Shown: positions 24,726 through 36,120 of the stretch, one piece after another
Numbering within the stretch: the first letter of the stretch is position 1
Layout: the number at the start of each line of letters is the position of its first letter
Source of the DNA: Eledone cirrhosa
Lineage: Eukaryota
DNA: 64,000 nt
Direction of reading: 5' to 3'
NCBI GenBank assembly: GCA_964016885.1
Contig: OZ024742.1
Location: 98,952,001 to 99,016,000, forward strand
Notes under the pieces: model-generated
What the model saw: only the letters and a program-made list of their open reading frames with translations
Database searches by the model: none
Told to the model about the DNA's origin: nothing
Translations under genes and position numbers: made by a program

Positions 24726-27700
24726 ATGGCCATAAGAGTAGGAAGTTTAAATGTTCGTGGCCTGGGGTCGCCCTGGAAGCAAGGTCACTTGCTCAACGAC
24801 CTCAGGTCACTAGGAATGGATGTAATTGCCATCAGCGAGACCAGAATTTCCGACACACGCGCACTGGCGCCGATTTTCGACGATTATCAGATCTTTGCAT
24901 CTGTTAGTCGGCCGGGAATGGGAGGTGGAGTGGCTGTGCTGTTTAGGAAATGTCTGGATCTCGAGGTAAGGTCAATCTTCCGGGATCCTGACGGAAAGTT
25001 GGTGGTCCTGGACGTGAGCAATAGCGAAGGTGGTGCCTTTAGACTGGTGGCCGTCTACGCCCCTACTGGGGCCGGTCGGCCGGACTTCTTTAGGCGCCTG
25101 GAAAACTTTCTGCTTACGTCTCGCCCTTTACTGTTAATAGGGGATTGGAATGGCATCTTAGAAGCACGCTGGGATTGTGTGGGAGTATCTGATAGGAGCG
25201 GGGGGTGCAAAAGCCTCAAGTACCTGATCAGCCAGTTTCAACTGTCTGACAGGTACCGACTAGATTTCCCTAATGCGCCAGTATGGACCTGGACCAATCG
25301 CATAGGGTCATCTAGATCGTACATAGATAGGATTTTCATTAGGAAAAGAGATAGAAATAGTGTAGGATGTCCACATTTTAAAACGGTTGCCTATTCAGAT
25401 CACAAGCTTGTGATCTGTATGGTCGACCTAGATAAGACACGTAGGTTAGGACCTAGCTACTGGAAGCTAAACATGTCGTTTCCGGCACGTAAAGCTTACA
25501 GGGACCGGGTCAACAACTTAGTTAAGCAAAAGTTGACAGGGGGGGTTGTCAACAACAGGTGGTGGGGGGCACTCAAAAGAGAGATTAGAGCAACCTCGAT
25601 AGGATTTAGCAAAGAAGTAGCAATAGAGAAAAATAGAAAGGAGGAGGGGCTGATAGCTAAGTTAGACGAGGCTATTTGTAGTGGCATTGCAACAGACGTG
25701 CTAGCGGCGAGAATGGCACTAGACCATTTCTTCAATGCGAAACACGAAGGTTGCATTGTCAGAGCTAAGGCGCGTGCTCTGAGGAACGAGGGAACCAAAG
25801 CTGCCCGATGGGCTCGCTTTGCAGAGACGCAGCGTGGAAATAAAACCACAATTCGGTCTTTGACGGATCGAGATGGACACGAACTGAGCGATTCCAAGCA
25901 GATGTGTGAGGCCTTTCGCCAGCACTTTGCTCGATTGTTCGGGAGGATGGGTGAGTCGGAGACGGCGGCGGACTTCAGTCCCTACCTCGACGGCTTGCCA
26001 CGCCTCTCGACGGCCGACGCTGAGCGCTGCGAAGAGCCGATAACATCAGCCGAAATTCAGGACGCCCTTGTCGGCTGCTCGAGTCGCAAGTCACCCGGTT
26101 TGGATGGTCTGCCCTACGAGCTTTACGTAAATATGCCAGACTTGTTCTCCGATCTCCTCGAAGCGCTCTACTGCAACTGGCAGCAGAACGGGAGCATTCC
26201 CAGTTCTGTGAGCCGTGGCGTAGTGACGCTGATAAGGAAAGACGAGAACAAGAGGGACACACTAGATAATTTCAGGCCCATAACCCTGCTCAACACAGAG
26301 TTTAAGATTTTGGCCAAGGTGTTAGCGAAAAGGTTGGCGCTTGTCGTCAAAGATTTGGTTGGGGAGGCGCAAACTTGCGCAATCCCGACCAGGTCCATAC
26401 ACGACAACCTCCACCTCATGCGATACATCATAGAGAGGGTTGGGTGCAAACCTGGCTTCGGTGGGGCTCTGATCAATTTAGATCAATCGAAAGCATTCGA
26501 TAGGGTCGACCATCGGTACTTGGAGGCTGTCCTCGAGGCGGCTGGCTTCGGCCCCGTCTTCAGAAGCTGGATCGCTGCAATGTACAGCGGCATCCGCTCG
26601 GTGGTCAAAGTTAATGGCCACCTCTCGGAACCGTTTCAGATCTCTCGATCGGTCCGTCAAGGGTGCCCTCTCTCCTCACTTCTGTACGTATTGACTCTTG
26701 AGCCTCTACTGCGGAAGCTGGAGTTGTTGCAGGGCATCCCGCTCGAACCGGGACGTAGAAAGGCTGCGTCCGCTTATGCGGACGACATCACCGTGATGGT
26801 GTCGGACACCTCGGAAATCGAGGTGATCCGCACCCATTTGGAGGAATATGAAAGGTTGACGGGAGCAAAACTTAACCCGGAAAAGTCGGTGGGCTTGCAG
26901 CTCGGCACCTGGAGAGGCAAGTCCATGCCGTCCAACAGCGTCGTTGGGCGCTGGACAGACGGACCGGTAAAGTTGCTCGGGGTTTGGTTCGGACCAGACC
27001 TCCAGGTGGATAAGAATTGGGACGAGGTGACGAGCAGGATAGCCAACCTCACCCAGAAATGGGCTGAGAGAAAGCTATCACTGAAAGGGCGGGCGGAGGT
27101 GGCGAACGCGTACATCGCGTCCGTCATCTACTACCGCCTGACCGTCGTGCCTTGCCCCCGTCCACGCCTCGCCAATTTGGAACGGCTCCTTTTCAAATTT
27201 TTGTGGAGGGGACGGGTCCCGTTGGTGAGGCGGTCCATCTGCTGCCAGCACCCTCTTCGTGGAGGGCTGGGCATGCCGTGGCTAATGATGCGCAGACATG
27301 CGCTGAGGCTGCGACATCTCCAGATATTTTGCCTAAACGGTGAACAGGTGTGGTCGCCGTTTGTTAGACGGGCCTTTCCGCAGCTCATCTCTTTGACTGA
27401 GCTGCAGTCCTGGGTCAAGAAGAGACCGAGACTGGGCGACTGGCATCTGGAATGTTGCCAGGCGCTCACTGCACTCTGCAAGGTGGGCAATGCGGTCAGT
27501 GGAACTTCCACTCAAGATTTCTATAGAGGATTAGTGGAGGGCAAGTGCGATGACGTACTAGGAGAGGTTCTGGGCGTCAACGAAGTAGAACTGACCAGTA
27601 TGTTCCGGAGGACTTTCGAGCCGGGGACGATGGATAACTTCCAGAAATCCCTCGCTTGGCAGTGCTACCGGGGGGCGCTGCCGGTTCGGGATAAACTCTA

Positions 27701-28145
27701 CAGGCACGGAAGTGCTGTCAGACGAACCTGCCCGAGATGCGCGCAGAGCGACGAAACCGTTCTGCACGCACTCGTCCAGTGTCCGTGCATTGCTGACTTG
27801 TGGGGCTATGTCGAACAGCTATTGTCGCGTGTAGAACGGATCCGGCTATCGTCCGAGTCCATAGTGAAGATTGACCCGCCGCCTTCTTTTGGTCAGGAAG
27901 GGCAGGCAATTTTCCTCTGCCTGGTGGCAGTAGCGAAAGAGGTTGCATGGTGGACCAGGTTGAAAGGACTGAAGACAGACACTTTTCTCTTCGGCCAATC
28001 CCTCATCAACTTCTTCAAGTTTCACTTGGAAAGGAAGGTGAGGGTGGAGAGAGAAGTGCTGCCCCCCAGTACATTTACTGAAAGGTGGGTGAATGTGGCG
28101 AGAATGGCCCGCGTGAGTGGGCCTACTCTGATCATGCGCCTGTAG
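24726..28145 (+). CDS. LINE ORF2: APE endonuclease, reverse transcriptase and C-terminal zinc finger (Tx1/L1 clade)
   Basis: 1139 aa; EN motifs SLNVRGL, ISETR, GDWN, YIDRIF, YSDH; YWKLN; RT motifs [37 protein letters not shown]; CPRC..ETVLHALVQC. Confidence 0.96.
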   Translation: MAIRVGSLNVRGLGSPWKQGHLLNDLRSLGMDVIAISETRISDTRALAPIFDDYQIFASVSRPGMGGGVAVLFRKCLDLEVRSIFRDPDGKLVVLDVSNSEGGAFRLVAVYAPTGAGRPDFFRRLENFLLTSRPLLLIGDWNGILEARWDCVGVSDRSGGCKSLKYLISQFQLSDRYRLDFPNAPVWTWTNRIGSSRSYIDRIFIRKRDRNSVGCPHFKTVAYSDHKLVICMVDLDKTRRLGPSYWKLNMSFPARKAYRDRVNNLVKQKLTGGVVNNRWWGALKREIRATSIGFSKEVAIEKNRKEEGLIAKLDEAICSGIATDVLAARMALDHFFNAKHEGCIVRAKARALRNEGTKAARWARFAETQRGNKTTIRSLTDRDGHELSDSKQMCEAFRQHFARLFGRMGESETAADFSPYLDGLPRLSTADAERCEEPITSAEIQDALVGCSSRKSPGLDGLPYELYVNMPDLFSDLLEALYCNWQQNGSIPSSVSRGVVTLIRKDENKRDTLDNFRPITLLNTEFKILAKVLAKRLALVVKDLVGEAQTCAIPTRSIHDNLHLMRYIIERVGCKPGFGGALINLDQSKAFDRVDHRYLEAVLEAAGFGPVFRSWIAAMYSGIRSVVKVNGHLSEPFQISRSVRQGCPLSSLLYVLTLEPLLRKLELLQGIPLEPGRRKAASAYADDITVMVSDTSEIEVIRTHLEEYERLTGAKLNPEKSVGLQLGTWRGKSMPSNSVVGRWTDGPVKLLGVWFGPDLQVDKNWDEVTSRIANLTQKWAERKLSLKGRAEVANAYIASVIYYRLTVVPCPRPRLANLERLLFKFLWRGRVPLVRRSICCQHPLRGGLGMPWLMMRRHALRLRHLQIFCLNGEQVWSPFVRRAFPQLISLTELQSWVKKRPRLGDWHLECCQALTALCKVGNAVSGTSTQDFYRGLVEGKCDDVLGEVLGVNEVELTSMFRRTFEPGTMDNFQKSLAWQCYRGALPVRDKLYRHGSAVRRTCPRCAQSDETVLHALVQCPCIADLWGYVEQLLSRVERIRLSSESIVKIDPPPSFGQEGQAIFLCLVAVAKEVAWWTRLKGLKTDTFLFGQSLINFFKFHLERKVRVEREVLPPSTFTERWVNVARMARVSGPTLIMRL

Positions 28146-28628
28146 GCTGGTGAATTCGAGAAGGAGAGGGGTGCCCTTCCCGGGTGCCCTAGGAGCGTCG
28201 GGTGGCTCAGGACTGGTGGGGTGCTTGAGTCAACCCTGGGTGGTGATCCCTCTTATTGGGGAACTTTCATTGTTGTATTTTATTGTTATTTTGTTTTTTT
28301 TGTTATTTATACTTACTCGATCTCTATGTAAACCCCCACTGTCCCTGTCTATTGTGTTGTCCCCTATATGTCGGCCCTTGTGGCCAATAAATGAAATCAT
28401 TATTATTATCATTATTGACGAAAGTGGATGTACGTTTTTTGAAGCTCCGTGAGTAAGCAATTTTTTGAGGATTAATTGTAGAGAATTGTTTATTTTTTGT
28501 ACCGCTGAAGCATTATAAGACATTAATTTGTATCCTGTGAAGGAATAACTCATAATATTTGGGCCTTTTGGCCCAAATATTTGAACTTTATTTTGAAAAA
28601 AAATAATAATTTTTTTTCTCAAAAAAAC

Positions 28629-30540
28629 ATGGCGGAGCCACGCCCCCTAGAGGCGGGTCTGCTGTCGTGCAACGGCGACTTGAGCGTTGAGAGGAGAGGT
28701 GAGGCGAGGAGTGCCACCAGCACGAACGTGAGCAGCGACAGTGCCAGCACCAACGGGCCGAGCGGCGCGGAAGGTGGTAACAGCGACAACACCAACACCA
28801 ACAAGCCGAACAGCGCAGAAGGTGGTAATAGCGAGAGCACCAACAAAACGAACAGCACAGAGAGTAATAGTAGCGACAGCAACAGCACCAACAAGGCCAA
28901 CAGCACAGAGGGTAACCACGACACAGGGGAGAACAACAACAGCAATAGCAGCAGCAACACCAACAAGAACAACAACAGTGACAACACCAACAAGAACACC
29001 TTCGCTGCTGTGGCAGCGGCTAAAAGGAGACCATGCTACAGCATCGACTTAAACAACAGAGAGGAAAAGTTGGCCCAGGCCTGGAAAATCATAAATCAAG
29101 AGCAGACCTGGGCAAAATTAACTGTCCCGGCAGAAGCCATTGAGGCAGTGGAAAAAAGAACGGTGCATTTCAGATGCATCTCAGTAGAGACAAAGAGGGC
29201 AGCGATAATCGCCCAAGCTGATATAGAAGCCGCACTTAAATACATCAGAGAGGACACAGACTTCATAGAGAGGGGCAGGCAATACGGCACCGTTTCGGTG
29301 CTGTTCAAGTCTGAAGCCCTCGCTGTGAAGCATTCAATGACCCCTTGCAAAACCAGCAAGGTCATAATGTACCCCTCCCACATGGGAAAACGAATAGCAC
29401 GTGTGCGCATTCCCAGGATTCCACCAGGACTTGATATGTGGTGGCTCCTGGGTTGCGTAATCGTGGAAGGAACGGATACAGTCCCGGTAGAGGCAACGAG
29501 AACTGCCAGGGACGACTGGTCCGGGGTTGATCTGGAGATACTGCTCCAAATCAGACCCGAAAACGTAAAAGCAATCCCGGACCACATCCGCCTCCAAAAC
29601 GGGAGGGTGTTGCATATAATGACTGAGGGCAAAAGGCCGCATTGTTTCCTTTGTGGGGAAACGACACACTTGCGAGCCTTCTGCCCTCAACTGCCGAAAA
29701 GCGCAAGGGGTCGAAAGATTCCACTGCTGGCGACGCCGGGACAAGGACCACCAGCAACACCGTCAACAATGGAACCACCAAAATTGCACACCCAGGGGGG
29801 AAACGAGGAAAGCTCTCCCATTCCCCCTCCCCCCCAAAATACACACACGAACAAGAACATAAACACTCACTCAGACACAAACACGCTCACAGCCACAGAC
29901 CCCTCATCCTCCAGCAGTGAAGATGAGGGAAAACCAAAGTCCCCCAAAATACAAAAAACAAAACACAAAAAAAAAAAGAAATCCACAAAGCACAAACACC
30001 CCCATAAAAAAAAATACACACACCACCCACACAAACATTTTCCCCACAGCATCACCAACACAACCACCAAAATCCCCCAAACGCAAACAAGCTAAACAGA
30101 CACAAGAACAAATAGACACACAAACATCAGAAACTACAGACACCCCACCCACAACAAACGCAGACACAATAGAAACAACACTAACAAAGCTATCACCACC
30201 ACAATCACACGAACAAATAAAACCCGAGCAACAAAACATTAAAAACTTCGTGCTTGCCAGAAGGGCCAACAAGGAATTGATGGCCCATGTAGCACGAAGC
30301 ACAAACATCGAAAAAGACGGGGAAACATTTGAAGCGAGCACATTTCGCGTACCAGATAATTTGCTTCTGATGCGAATGTCGCTCGCTTCATACAAAGAAA
30401 TTCGAAAGAGCTTTCCTCGGGATGTGGGAACCCCGAACGTAAAACCCACGTCAAGACTATTAAAGGGGTTCCCAAAAGAAACCCCACAAACCATGGAGGT
30501 CGAACCACCCGACCTTCACAAGACCCCGGAAGGTAAGTAA
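28629..30540 (+). pseudogene. LINE ORF1 with a +1 frameshift in a poly-A run (possibly a sequencing error)
   Basis: Matches ORF1 of copy 1 (a few substitutions) until the A-run near 29967-29977, which has one extra A; the C-terminus continues in ORF 29917..30540. Confidence 0.8.
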
Positions 30541-30569
30541 ACCTTTCCTCTCCCATTCATCCTGCCAGC

Positions 30570-33500
30570 ATGGCCATAAGAGTAGGAAGTTTAAATGTTC
30601 GTGGCCTGGGGTCGCCCTGGAAGCAAGGTCACTTGCTCAACGACCTCAGGTCACTAGGAATGGATGTAATTGCCATCAGCGAGACCAGAATTTCCGACAC
30701 ACGCGCACTGGCGCCGATTTTCGACGATTATCAGATCTTTGCATCTGTTAGTCGGCCGGGAATGGGAGGTGGAGTGGCTGTGCTGTTTAGGAAATGTCTG
30801 GATCTCGAGGTAAGGTCAATCTTCAGGGATCCTGACGGAAAGTTGGTGGTCCTGGACATGAGCAATAGCGAAGGTGGTGCCTTTAGACTGGTGGCCGTCT
30901 ACGCCCCTACTGGGGCCGGTCGGCCGGACTTCTTTAGGCGCCTGGAAAACTTTCTGCTTACGTCTCGCCCTTTACTGTTAATAGGGGATTGGAATGGCAT
31001 CTTAGAAGCACGCTGGGATTGTGTGGGAGTATCTGATAGGAGCGGGGGGTGCAAAAGCCTCAAGTACCTGATCAGCCAGTTTCAACTGTCTGACAGGTAC
31101 CGACTAGATTTCCCTAATGCGCCAGTATGGACCTGGACCAATCGCATAGGGTCATCTAGATCGTACATAGATAGGATTTTCATTAGGAAAAGAGATAGAA
31201 ATAGTGTAGGATGTCCACATTTTAAAACGGTTGCCTATTCAGATCACAAGCTTGTGATCTGTATGGTCGACCTAGATAAGACACGTAGGTTAGGACCTAG
31301 CTACTGGAAGCTAAACATGTCGTTTCCGGCACGTAAAGCTTACAGGGACCGGGTCAACAACTTAGTTAAGCAAAAGTTGACAGGGGGGGTTGTCAACAAC
31401 AGGTGGTGGGGGGCACTCAAAAGAGAGATTAGAGCAACCTCGATAGGATTTAGCAAAGAAGTAGCAATAGAGAAAAATAGAAAGGAGGAGGGGCTGATAG
31501 CTAAGTTAGACGAGGCTATTTGTAGTGGCATTGCAACAGACGTGCTAGCGGCGAGAATGGCACTAGACCATTTCTTCAATGCGAAACACGAAGGTTGCAT
31601 TGTCAGAGCTAAGGCGCGTGCTCTGAGGAACGAGGGAACCAAAGCTGCCCGATGGGCTCGCTTTGCAGAGACGCAGCGTGGAAATAAAACCACAATTCGG
31701 TCTTTGACGGAGCGAGATGGACACGAACTGAGCGATTCCAAGCAGATGTGTGAGGCCTTTCGCCAGCACTTTGCTCGATTGTTCGGGAGGATGGGTGAGT
31801 CGGAGACGGCGGCGGACTTCAGTCCCTACCTCGACGGCTTGCCACGCCTCTCGACGGCCGACGCTGAGCGCTGCGAAGAGCCGATAACATCAGCCGAAAT
31901 TCAGGACGCCCTTGTCGGCTGCTCGAGTCGCAAGTCACCCGGTTTGGATGGTCTGCCCTACGAGCTTTACGTAAATATGCCAGACTTGTTCTCCGATCTC
32001 CTCGAAGCGCTCTACTGCAACTGGCAGCAGAACGGGAGCATTCCCAGTTCTGTGAGCCGTGGCGTAGTGACGCTGATAAGGAAAGACGAGAACAAGAGGG
32101 ACACACTAGATAATTTCAGGCCCATAACCCTGCTCAACACAGAGTTTAAGATTTTGGCCAAGGTGTTAGCGAAAAGGTTGGCGCTTGTCGTCAAAGATTT
32201 GGTTGGGGAGGCGCAAACTTGCGCAATCCCGACCAGGTCCATACACGACAACCTCCACCTCATGCGATACATCATAGAGAGGGTTGGGTGCAAACCTGGC
32301 TTCGGTGGGGCTCTGATCAATTTAGATGAATCGAAAGCATTCGATAGGGTCGACCATCGGTACTTGGAGGCTGTCCTCGAGGCGGCTGGCTTCGGCCCCG
32401 TCTTCAGAAGCTGGATCGCTGCAATGTACAGCGGCATCTGCTCGGTGGTCAAAGTTAATGGCCACCTCTCGGAACCGTTTCAGATCTCTCGATCGGTCCG
32501 TCAAGGGTGCCCTCTCTCCTCACTTCTTTACGTATTGACTCTTGAGCCTCTACTGCGGAAGCTGGAGTTGTTGAAGGGCATCCCGCTCGAACCGGGACGT
32601 AGAAAGGCTGCGTCCGCTTATGCGGACGACATCACCGTGATGGTGTCGGACACCTCGGAAATCGAGGTGATCCGCACCCATTTGGAGGAATATGAAAGGT
32701 TGACGGGAGCAAAACTTAACCCGGAAAAGTCGGTGGGCTTGCAGCTCGGCACCTGGAGAGGCAAGTCCATGCCGTCCAACAGCGTCGTTGGGCGCTGGAC
32801 AGACGGACCGGTAAAGTTGCTCGGGGTTTGGTTCGGACCAGACCTCCAGGTGGATAAGAATTGGGACGAGGTGACGAGCAGGATAGCCAACCTCACCCAG
32901 AAATGGGCTGAGAGAAAGCTATCACTGAAAGGGCGGGCGGAGGTGGCGAACGCGTACATCGCGTCCGTCATCTACTACCGCCTGACCGTCGTGCCTTGCC
33001 CCCGTCCACGCCTCGCCAATTTGGAACGGCTCCTTTTAAAATTTTTGTGGAGGGGACGGGTCCCGTTGGTGAGGCGGTCCATCTTCTGCCAGCACCCTCT
33101 TCGTGGAGGGCTGGGCATGCCGTGGCTAATGATGCGCAGACATGCGCTGAGGCTGCGACATCTCCAGATATTTTGCCTAAACGGTGAACAGGTGTGGTCG
33201 CCGTTTGTTAGACGGGCCTTTCCGCAGCTCATCTCTTTGACTGAGCTGCAGTCCTGGGTCAAGAAGAGACCGAGACTGGGCGACTGGCATCTGGAATGTT
33301 GCCAGGCGCTCACTGCACTCTGCAAGGTGGGCAATGCGGTCAGTGGAACTTCCACTCAAGATTTCTATAGAGGATTAGTGGAGGGCAAGTGCGATGACGT
33401 ACTAGGAGAGGCTCTGGGCGTCAACGAAGTAGAACTGACCAGTATGTTCCGGAGGATTTTCGAGCCGGGGACGATGGATAACTTCCAGAAATCCCTCGCT

Positions 33501-33989
33501 TGGCAGTGCTACCGGGGGGCGCTGCCGGTTCGGGATAAACTCTACAGGCACGGAAGTGCTGTCAGACGAACCTGTCCGAGATGCGCGCAGAGCGACGAAA
33601 CCGTTCTGCACGCACTCGTCCAGTGTCCGTGCATTGCTGACTTGTGGGGTTATGTCGAACAGCTATTGTCGCGTGTAGAACGGATCCGGCTATCGTCCGA
33701 GTCCATAGTGAAGATTGACCCGCCGCCTTCTTTTGGTCAGGAAGGGCAGGCAATTTTCCTCTGTCTGGTGGCAGTAGCGAAAGAGGTTGCATGGTGGACC
33801 AGGTTGAAAGGACTGAAGACAGACACTTTTCTCTTCGGCCAATCCCTCATCAACTTCTTCAAGTTTCACTTGGAAAGGAAGGTGAGGGTGGAGAGAGAAG
33901 TGCTGCCCCCCAGTACATTTACTGAAAGGTGGGTGAATGTGGCGAGAATGGCCCGCGTGAGTGGGCCTACTCTGATCATGCGCCTGTAG
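30570..33989 (+). CDS. LINE ORF2 (APE endonuclease, RT, zinc finger), intact
   Basis: 1139 aa with a few substitutions versus copy 1 (e.g. DQSK to DESK); YADD retained. Confidence 0.95.
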   Translation: MAIRVGSLNVRGLGSPWKQGHLLNDLRSLGMDVIAISETRISDTRALAPIFDDYQIFASVSRPGMGGGVAVLFRKCLDLEVRSIFRDPDGKLVVLDMSNSEGGAFRLVAVYAPTGAGRPDFFRRLENFLLTSRPLLLIGDWNGILEARWDCVGVSDRSGGCKSLKYLISQFQLSDRYRLDFPNAPVWTWTNRIGSSRSYIDRIFIRKRDRNSVGCPHFKTVAYSDHKLVICMVDLDKTRRLGPSYWKLNMSFPARKAYRDRVNNLVKQKLTGGVVNNRWWGALKREIRATSIGFSKEVAIEKNRKEEGLIAKLDEAICSGIATDVLAARMALDHFFNAKHEGCIVRAKARALRNEGTKAARWARFAETQRGNKTTIRSLTERDGHELSDSKQMCEAFRQHFARLFGRMGESETAADFSPYLDGLPRLSTADAERCEEPITSAEIQDALVGCSSRKSPGLDGLPYELYVNMPDLFSDLLEALYCNWQQNGSIPSSVSRGVVTLIRKDENKRDTLDNFRPITLLNTEFKILAKVLAKRLALVVKDLVGEAQTCAIPTRSIHDNLHLMRYIIERVGCKPGFGGALINLDESKAFDRVDHRYLEAVLEAAGFGPVFRSWIAAMYSGICSVVKVNGHLSEPFQISRSVRQGCPLSSLLYVLTLEPLLRKLELLKGIPLEPGRRKAASAYADDITVMVSDTSEIEVIRTHLEEYERLTGAKLNPEKSVGLQLGTWRGKSMPSNSVVGRWTDGPVKLLGVWFGPDLQVDKNWDEVTSRIANLTQKWAERKLSLKGRAEVANAYIASVIYYRLTVVPCPRPRLANLERLLLKFLWRGRVPLVRRSIFCQHPLRGGLGMPWLMMRRHALRLRHLQIFCLNGEQVWSPFVRRAFPQLISLTELQSWVKKRPRLGDWHLECCQALTALCKVGNAVSGTSTQDFYRGLVEGKCDDVLGEALGVNEVELTSMFRRIFEPGTMDNFQKSLAWQCYRGALPVRDKLYRHGSAVRRTCPRCAQSDETVLHALVQCPCIADLWGYVEQLLSRVERIRLSSESIVKIDPPPSFGQEGQAIFLCLVAVAKEVAWWTRLKGLKTDTFLFGQSLINFFKFHLERKVRVEREVLPPSTFTERWVNVARMARVSGPTLIMRL

Positions 33990-34587
33990 GCTGGTGAATT
34001 CGAGAAGGAGAGGGGTGCCCTTCCCGGGTGCCCTAGGAGCGTCGGGTGGCTCAGGACTGGTGGGGTGCTTGAGTCAACCCTGGGTGGTGATCCCTCTTAT
34101 TGGGGAACTTTCATTGTTGTATTTTTATTGTTATTTTGTTTTTTGTTATTTATACTTACTCGATCTCTATGTAAACCCCCACTGTCCCTGTCTATTGTGT
34201 TGTCCCCTATATGTCGGCCCTTGTGGCCAATAAATGAAATCATTATTATTATCATTATTTCATTGTTAGTCACACTTTGATTGCGTGTCGTCACTGCGTT
34301 ACCGAACACAATTGTGTGTGCCTTGGATATGTGCAGTTTGTTATTTCTGTTGAATTGAGAAAACTCTGTTTCATTCATGCAGTGCCTTGTAATTCTCCTT
34401 TATGTGTGTTAAATATAACTGTGAGACCTCTGGCTTGGGTTATGTATCTGTTTGTTTTGTTTAGTTATCATCCCCAGAGCTCCTATCATTAGAACGATCG
34501 TTTCAATTTTCATCATATGCATTCTGGTTACTTCTATAGTAAATATTTATATCTGGATAATTTCTCCATCATTAGATCATTGTCGTA

Positions 34588-34704
34588 TTCCATCCTTTCA
34601 AGGTCGATAGAATAAACTACCAGTCAAGTATTGGGATGAATATAATAGACTAACCACCCCCCACAATTACTGGCTTTGTTCCTAATGTATAAATCATTAT
34701 TATT
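34588..34704 (+). mobile_element. 3' fragment of a Nin-like SINE
   Basis: TTCCATCCTTTCAAGGTCGATAGAATAAACTACCAG...AATTACTGGCTTTGTTCCTAATGTATAAATCATTATTATT. Confidence 0.65.
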
Positions 34705-34729
34705 GATTATTTTTATTGTTTTTTTTTTT

Positions 34730-35895
34730 CTATCAAAGTGTGAAGACATGTTATTGGGAGCTCCGCACGGTAGTGAATTTTCAAAACATTTCGTTCGTAT
34801 TCATTTTCTTTTTCTACTTGAAATGTGTAGCAAGACTTCCGTCTGTGCTATGTGAAGGGTAGACGTTATAATATTTGGATCAGGACATAGACGCTGTAGA
34901 GAGGAGGACTGCGGTCTTTAGATGTTTCTCAGTAGAGACGAAAACAGCGACCAACACTCCTCAGGTAAAAGTCGAAACTGCGCTGAGTGACGATACAGAA
35001 TAAATAGCGAGGAGCAGATAATACGGCACCATCTCGATGCTGTTTAAGTCAGAAGCACTCGCTATTAAACACTCAATGACTCCTAGCAAAACCAGCAACA
35101 TTATGTACCCCTCCCACATGGGCAAAGAACTGTTAAAGTCCGCATTCCCAGGATTCCAGCAGGGCTTGATATGTGGTGGTTCCTGGGATGGAAAATCCTG
35201 GAATCTATCCATCTCCAAAACGGGATGGCTTTACAAGTAATGACGGAGGGCAAAAGGTCATATCTGTTTGTCTGTGTTGACCAGCATCACCAGGACCAGC
35301 AAAACCACCAGCAGCGACATCAGCGAAATCGTCACCAACTTCCACAACCCAAGGGTAAACTGAGGAAAACTCTCCATTATCCACCCCCCACCAAAATACA
35401 CACATTGATCCAAACACAGTTCAAAGCACATATACACGCAGACACAGACATCTCGTCTTCCAATAGCGAAGACGAGGCAAAACCTAAACCAAAAATAAAG
35501 AAGACACACAACAAAAAACCAAAACAAACACAAGAGCAGAACAAAATGCAGAACTTAGAACTATTAAGAAGGACCAACGGGATTTGATGGCCCTGATAAC
35601 ACGAAGGCAAGACATAGGAAGGAAGGGGAGAGGGTGCCCTTCCAGGATGCCCTCGAAAAGTCGAGTGGGGAGGGGGTTCTGGGGCACGCCTGTGTGGTCT
35701 CCTATTGGGGAATTTGTTTTGTTATGTTTTTATATATTTTTATATTCTTAAAGATTTTTATATATTTTCATTGTTAATTGTTTTGGTTTTGTGTATTTTA
35801 ACTCGATTTTCTTGTAAACCCCCCACTATCCCTTTCTTTTTACTCTCCTCTATACGCCGGACGTTGTTGCCGATAAACCAAACCATTATTATTAT
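34730..35895 (+). mobile_element. Internally deleted Tx1/L1-family relic (5'UTR, ORF1 pieces, 3'UTR; ORF2 absent)
   Basis: MLFKSEALAIKHSMTPSKTSNIMYPSHMGK matches ORF1; jumps to the 3'UTR (GGAGAGGGTGCCCTTCCAGG) and an (ATT)n tail. Confidence 0.85.
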
Positions 35896-35896
35896 T

Positions 35897-36120
35897 TTGC
35901 CGTATCGGTAGAGTGTTGGACAACAAGCTTCGCAGCATAGAGTTACGGCCTTTTACGTTCTGAGTTTAAATACTACCGAGATTAGCTTTGCTTTTCATCC
36001 TTACGGGGTGGATAAATAAAGCACCATTAATACGCTGGGGTCGATTTAATCGACTTTCCTACCCCTTCAAATTGCTGGCCTTGTGCCTAAAGTACAAATA
36101 ATTATTATTAATATTATTAT
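35897..36120 (+). mobile_element. Nin-like SINE directly after the LINE tail
   Basis: GTATCGGTAGAG...CTGAGTTTAAAT...TTTCATCCTTACGGGGTGGATAAAT...AAATTGCTGGCCTTGTGCCTAAAG...(ATT)n. Confidence 0.78.

Larger units (their letters stand above)
22574..28416 (+). mobile_element. Full-length, apparently intact Tx1/L1-clade non-LTR retrotransposon (copy 1)
   Basis: 5'UTR, intact ORF1 and ORF2, 3'UTR with AATAAA; 19-bp CATTATTATTATCATTATT at 22555-22573 and 28398-28416. Confidence 0.95.
28417..34259 (+). mobile_element. Full-length Tx1/L1-clade LINE (copy 2), head-to-tail with copy 1
   Basis: Near-identical to copy 1 at offset 5843; ends with the same 19-bp CATTATTATTATCATTATT at 34241-34259. Confidence 0.95.

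Noticed and set aside
22776-33792. Antisense and alternative-frame ORFs over the LINEs
   Set aside because: Shadows of ORF1/ORF2 codon and composition bias; they recur only because the element is duplicated
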